Assembly (NCBI GenBank): GCA_024763355.1
Contig: JANTFR010000001.1
Location: forward strand, 6,259-70,258
Length of the DNA: 64,000 nucleotides
DNA from: Anaerolineales bacterium
GTDB taxonomy: Bacteria > Chloroflexota > Anaerolineae > Anaerolineales > DRKV01
Reading direction: 5' to 3'
Part shown: piece by piece, positions 61,571 to 64,000 of the stretch
How positions within the stretch are numbered: the stretch's first letter is position 1
How the letters are laid out: the number at the start of each line of letters is the position of its first letter
Program-made: the position numbers and the translations under genes
Notes under the pieces: generated by a model
Told to the model about the DNA's origin: nothing
The model's input: only the letters and a program-made list of their open reading frames with translations
Databases searched by the model: none

Positions 61571-61600
61571 ATTATAGAACAGATGTTCTAATTTTGTCAA
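61571..61600 (-). promoter_or_regulatory. Consensus sigma-70-type promoter (TTGACA-18-TATAAT) reading toward the 60695..61447 gene
   Basis: Minus strand cTTGACAaaattagaacatctgttcTATAATg: -35 at 61600-61595, -10 at 61576-61571. Confidence 0.7.
61575..61590. promoter_or_regulatory. Candidate LexA (SOS / Cheo-type) box TAGAACAGATGTTCTA overlapping the -10
   Basis: Perfect palindrome with a GAAC-N4-GTTC core inside the promoter spacer, overlapping 2 nt of the -10 hexamer. Confidence 0.5.
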
Positions 61601-61648
61601 GGAGATTTTTACTCATGGAGGTAAAACGCAAGGATAGAAGTCCCCCAC

Positions 61649-62107
61649 TCAATAAAACGTCACCTCGTGGCTTTGCAAAATTCCATTTTTGTACACAAAA
61701 CGGGCCGAAAAGCAGTGCGGTTCGTCCAGCCAGGGGATGAAAATGCGGTCGCCCTCCCACAGGGGCAGGGAAAGTACTTCATCGTTCGGCACCCAGCGCA
61801 AAACGCCCTCGCGGGAATCAATCAACTCCCCATCGAATTCGGTGGCAGTGAAGAGGAAGACGTACCAATCGTCGAAACCGTCAAAGGCGGGAAAAGTGAT
61901 GACCCCATGCAGACGCGGATTGCGGATACGCAGCCCGCTCTCCTCCTCCACCTCCCGGATGACACACGCCTCAGGGCTTTCGCCGGGCTCCAGTTTGCCG
62001 CCCAGGCCGTTCCATTTACCCTGGTGCATATCGTTCTTTTTCTTGATGCGGTGGAGCATGAGGGTATGCCCGTTTTTCCGCAGGTAACACAAGGTAGCAA
62101 GTTTCAT
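61649..62107 (-). CDS. NUDIX hydrolase (MutT/8-oxo-dGTP diphosphatase-like)
   Basis: Nudix box GGKLEPGESPEACVIREVEEESGL. Start at the internal MKLATLCYL. Confidence 0.85.
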   Translation of the reverse strand: MKLATLCYLRKNGHTLMLHRIKKKNDMHQGKWNGLGGKLEPGESPEACVIREVEEESGLRIRNPRLHGVITFPAFDGFDDWYVFLFTATEFDGELIDSREGVLRWVPNDEVLSLPLWEGDRIFIPWLDEPHCFSARFVYKNGILQSHEVTFY

Positions 62108-62279
62108 TGTACGGTCTCTTTCGTCATCACTTCCGGAATTTTGCCAAAGCGACGGCATTCTAACACAATTGCACAGCTATCTAGTCTCCCGCCTGCAGCA
62201 AGACATTCCCTTGCGGCCGGATGCCGCCCGTCCGGCAGGGAGAAATATCAGCGTTTTGTAAGAATCGCAGATGCGTCCC

Positions 62280-62309
62280 TTGACTATACCCCCGTCCAAC
62301 GTGTAAGAT
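62280..62309 (+). promoter_or_regulatory. Candidate groEL promoter (TTGACT-18-TAAGAT)
   Basis: -35 at 62280-62285, -10 at 62304-62309, 10 nt upstream of CIRCE. Confidence 0.5.
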
Positions 62310-62319
62310 TTGCACGTAA

Positions 62320-62346
62320 TTAGCACTCTCTTTTTCTGAGTGCTAA
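62320..62346. promoter_or_regulatory. CIRCE operator (HrcA binding site)
   Basis: TTAGCACTC-tctttttct-GAGTGCTAA, an exact match to the CIRCE consensus TTAGCACTC-N9-GAGTGCTAA, 92 nt upstream of the groEL ATG. Confidence 0.9.
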
Positions 62347-62437
62347 TTGCGTTTTGCACCTGACGGAAAACGGAAACACAGTTTAGCACTTCATCAACCC
62401 AAAATCCTTCTCAAACTGGAAAAAGGAGTAAGCAGTT

Positions 62438-64000
62438 ATGGCAGCGAAACAACTGGCCTTCTCTGAGGAAGCCCGCCGCAAACTTCAAAAAGGTATGGAT
62501 ATGCTCGCCAACGCGGTCATCACCACCCTGGGTCCCAAGGGCCGCAACGTGGCAATTGACCGCAAATTTGGTTCTCCCACCATCACGCACGATGGTGTGA
62601 CCGTGGCCAAAGAAATCGAACTGGAAGACCCCTTCGAGAACATGGGCGCCCAGTTGCTCAAAGAGGCGGCCACCAAGACCAATGACATCGCCGGTGACGG
62701 CACCACCACCTCCACCGTCCTGGCGCACGCTATCGTCGCCGAGGGCATGAAGAACCTCGCTGCGGGCGCCAACCCCATGCTGCTGAAGCGCGGCATTGAA
62801 GCCGCCACCAAGGCTGTGGCCGAAAACATCAGCGCGCAGGCCATTGAGGTCACCACCAAAGAAGAGATTGCCAACGTGGCTTCCATTTCCGCGCAAGACC
62901 GCGAAATCGGCGAACTGATTGCCGAGGTGATGGACAAAGTCGGCAAGGACGGCGTCATCACTGTGGAGGAATCCAAAGGGCTGGCTTTCGAAACCGAATA
63001 CGTCGAAGGTATGCAGTTCGACCGCGGCTACATCTCCCCTTACTTCATCACCGACCCCGAATCGATGGAAGCCGCCATCGAAAATCCCTACCTGTTGATT
63101 TACGACAAGAAAATCTCCGCCGCCACCGACATCGTGCCCTTGCTGGAGAAACTGGTACAGATTGGCAAACGCGAACTGGTCATCATCGCCGAGGATGTGG
63201 ACGGCGAAGCGCTGGCAACTTTGGTGCTGAACAAACTGCGCGGGATGCTCAACGTGCTGGCCGTCAAAGCTCCGGGATTCGGCGACCGCCGCAAGGCCAT
63301 GCTGCAAGACATCGCCATCCTGACCGGCGCGACCGTGATTTCCGAGGAAACCGGCCGCAAACTCGATAGCGTCACCGTTGCCGACCTGGGCCGCGCCGAG
63401 AAGGTGTCCTCCACCAAAGAGGAAACCACCATCGTGGGCGGTCAGGGCGACCCCGAAGCCATCAAGGGACGCATTGAGCAAATTCGTGTGGAGATTGACA
63501 AGAGCACCAGCGACTACGACCGCGAGAAACTCCAGGAACGCCTGGCGAAACTCTCCGGCGGCGTCGCCATCATCCGTGTGGGTGCGGCCACCGAGACCGA
63601 ACTGAAAGAGAAGAAGCACCGCGTGGAAGATGCCCTCTCCGCCACCCGCGCTGCGGTGGAAGAAGGCATCGTCCCCGGAGGCGGCGTGGCGTTGATTAAT
63701 GCCCTCTCCGCGGTGGATGGCATTGAGATGGACAACGAAGACGCCCAGATTGGCGTCAACATGGTACGCAAGGCTCTCTCCGTGCCGATGCGCAAAATTG
63801 CCGAGAACGCCGGTAAGGATGGCTCGGTTATCATCGAGAACGTGCGCCGCGAGCAGGAAAAGAGCGGCAAGCACACCATCGGCTACAACGTGCTTACCGA
63901 TGAATACGTGGACATGATTGAAGCCGGCGTGATTGACCCCGCCAAAGTCACCCGCGGCGCGCTCGAGAACGCGGCCTCCATCGCGGCTATGATTCTCACC
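62438..64000 (+). CDS. groEL: Chaperonin GroEL (60 kDa), first 521 codons; runs off the right edge
   Basis: Own translation: [96 protein letters not shown]... SD AAGGAG. Not in the ORF track because open-ended; the track shows only its antisense shadow (62411..63874). Confidence 0.95.
   Translation, partial: MAAKQLAFSEEARRKLQKGMDMLANAVITTLGPKGRNVAIDRKFGSPTITHDGVTVAKEIELEDPFENMGAQLLKEAATKTNDIAGDGTTTSTVLAHAIVAEGMKNLAAGANPMLLKRGIEAATKAVAENISAQAIEVTTKEEIANVASISAQDREIGELIAEVMDKVGKDGVITVEESKGLAFETEYVEGMQFDRGYISPYFITDPESMEAAIENPYLLIYDKKISAATDIVPLLEKLVQIGKRELVIIAEDVDGEALATLVLNKLRGMLNVLAVKAPGFGDRRKAMLQDIAILTGATVISEETGRKLDSVTVADLGRAEKVSSTKEETTIVGGQGDPEAIKGRIEQIRVEIDKSTSDYDREKLQERLAKLSGGVAIIRVGAATETELKEKKHRVEDALSATRAAVEEGIVPGGGVALINALSAVDGIEMDNEDAQIGVNMVRKALSVPMRKIAENAGKDGSVIIENVRREQEKSGKHTIGYNVLTDEYVDMIEAGVIDPAKVTRGALENAASIAAMILT

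Noticed and set aside
1-64000. Mobile elements, prophage, tRNA or rRNA genes.
   Set aside because: No transposase, integrase or phage-like ORF was seen. No long terminal inverted or direct repeats flank the R-M region. No tRNA-like T-arm (GGTTCGAAT-type) or rRNA signature was seen in any intergenic region. This was eye-scanning only, so small RNAs could have been missed.

Overview
GC-rich (~60-65%) chromosomal segment. The gene content looks like a thermophilic, monoderm Chloroflexota-type bacterium; this is inferred from content only, since no search was possible. I support 54 protein-coding genes. They include: a MacAB-type efflux pair; a GltD-like oxidoreductase; a rhomboid / Clp-fold protease / three coiled-coil membrane protein block; an aeRF1-like / HtrA / DnaJ block; two polysaccharide clusters; acyl-CoA dehydrogenase with EtfBA; several GAF/PAS histidine kinases; holB, pcrA, tsaE-tsaB-rimI, UDG, mtaB and acpS; a HerA-like ATPase followed by a type II R-M pair; thrB; an OmpR/HK pair; and an orphan groEL with CIRCE. 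I saw no rRNA, tRNA, CRISPR array, transposase or integrase.

The most unusual signal is non-coding. At least 13 intergenic spacers are filled, often from stop codon to start codon, by degenerate tandem 7-, 8-, 9- or 10-mers from a few recurring families: GACCACG/GACGACG, GTGCGG, CCGACCAMT, CAACCAATG, CCCACTT and TTCGTG. Apart from one reversed GTGCGG block, the families keep one orientation relative to the downstream gene and a recurring module order. They usually replace a Shine-Dalgarno sequence.

Other points of interest:
- A 33-38 nt perfect-hairpin element occurs in 3 copies, one with compensatory changes.
- A consensus promoter with a GAAC-N4-GTTC SOS box sits upstream of a membrane protein / lytic transglycosylase pair.
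- Three genes have leaderless-type -10-to-ATG geometry.
- One hybrid regulator has a pseudo-histidine-kinase module.

All family assignments come from motif recognition by eye. No BLAST, HMM or folding was run.
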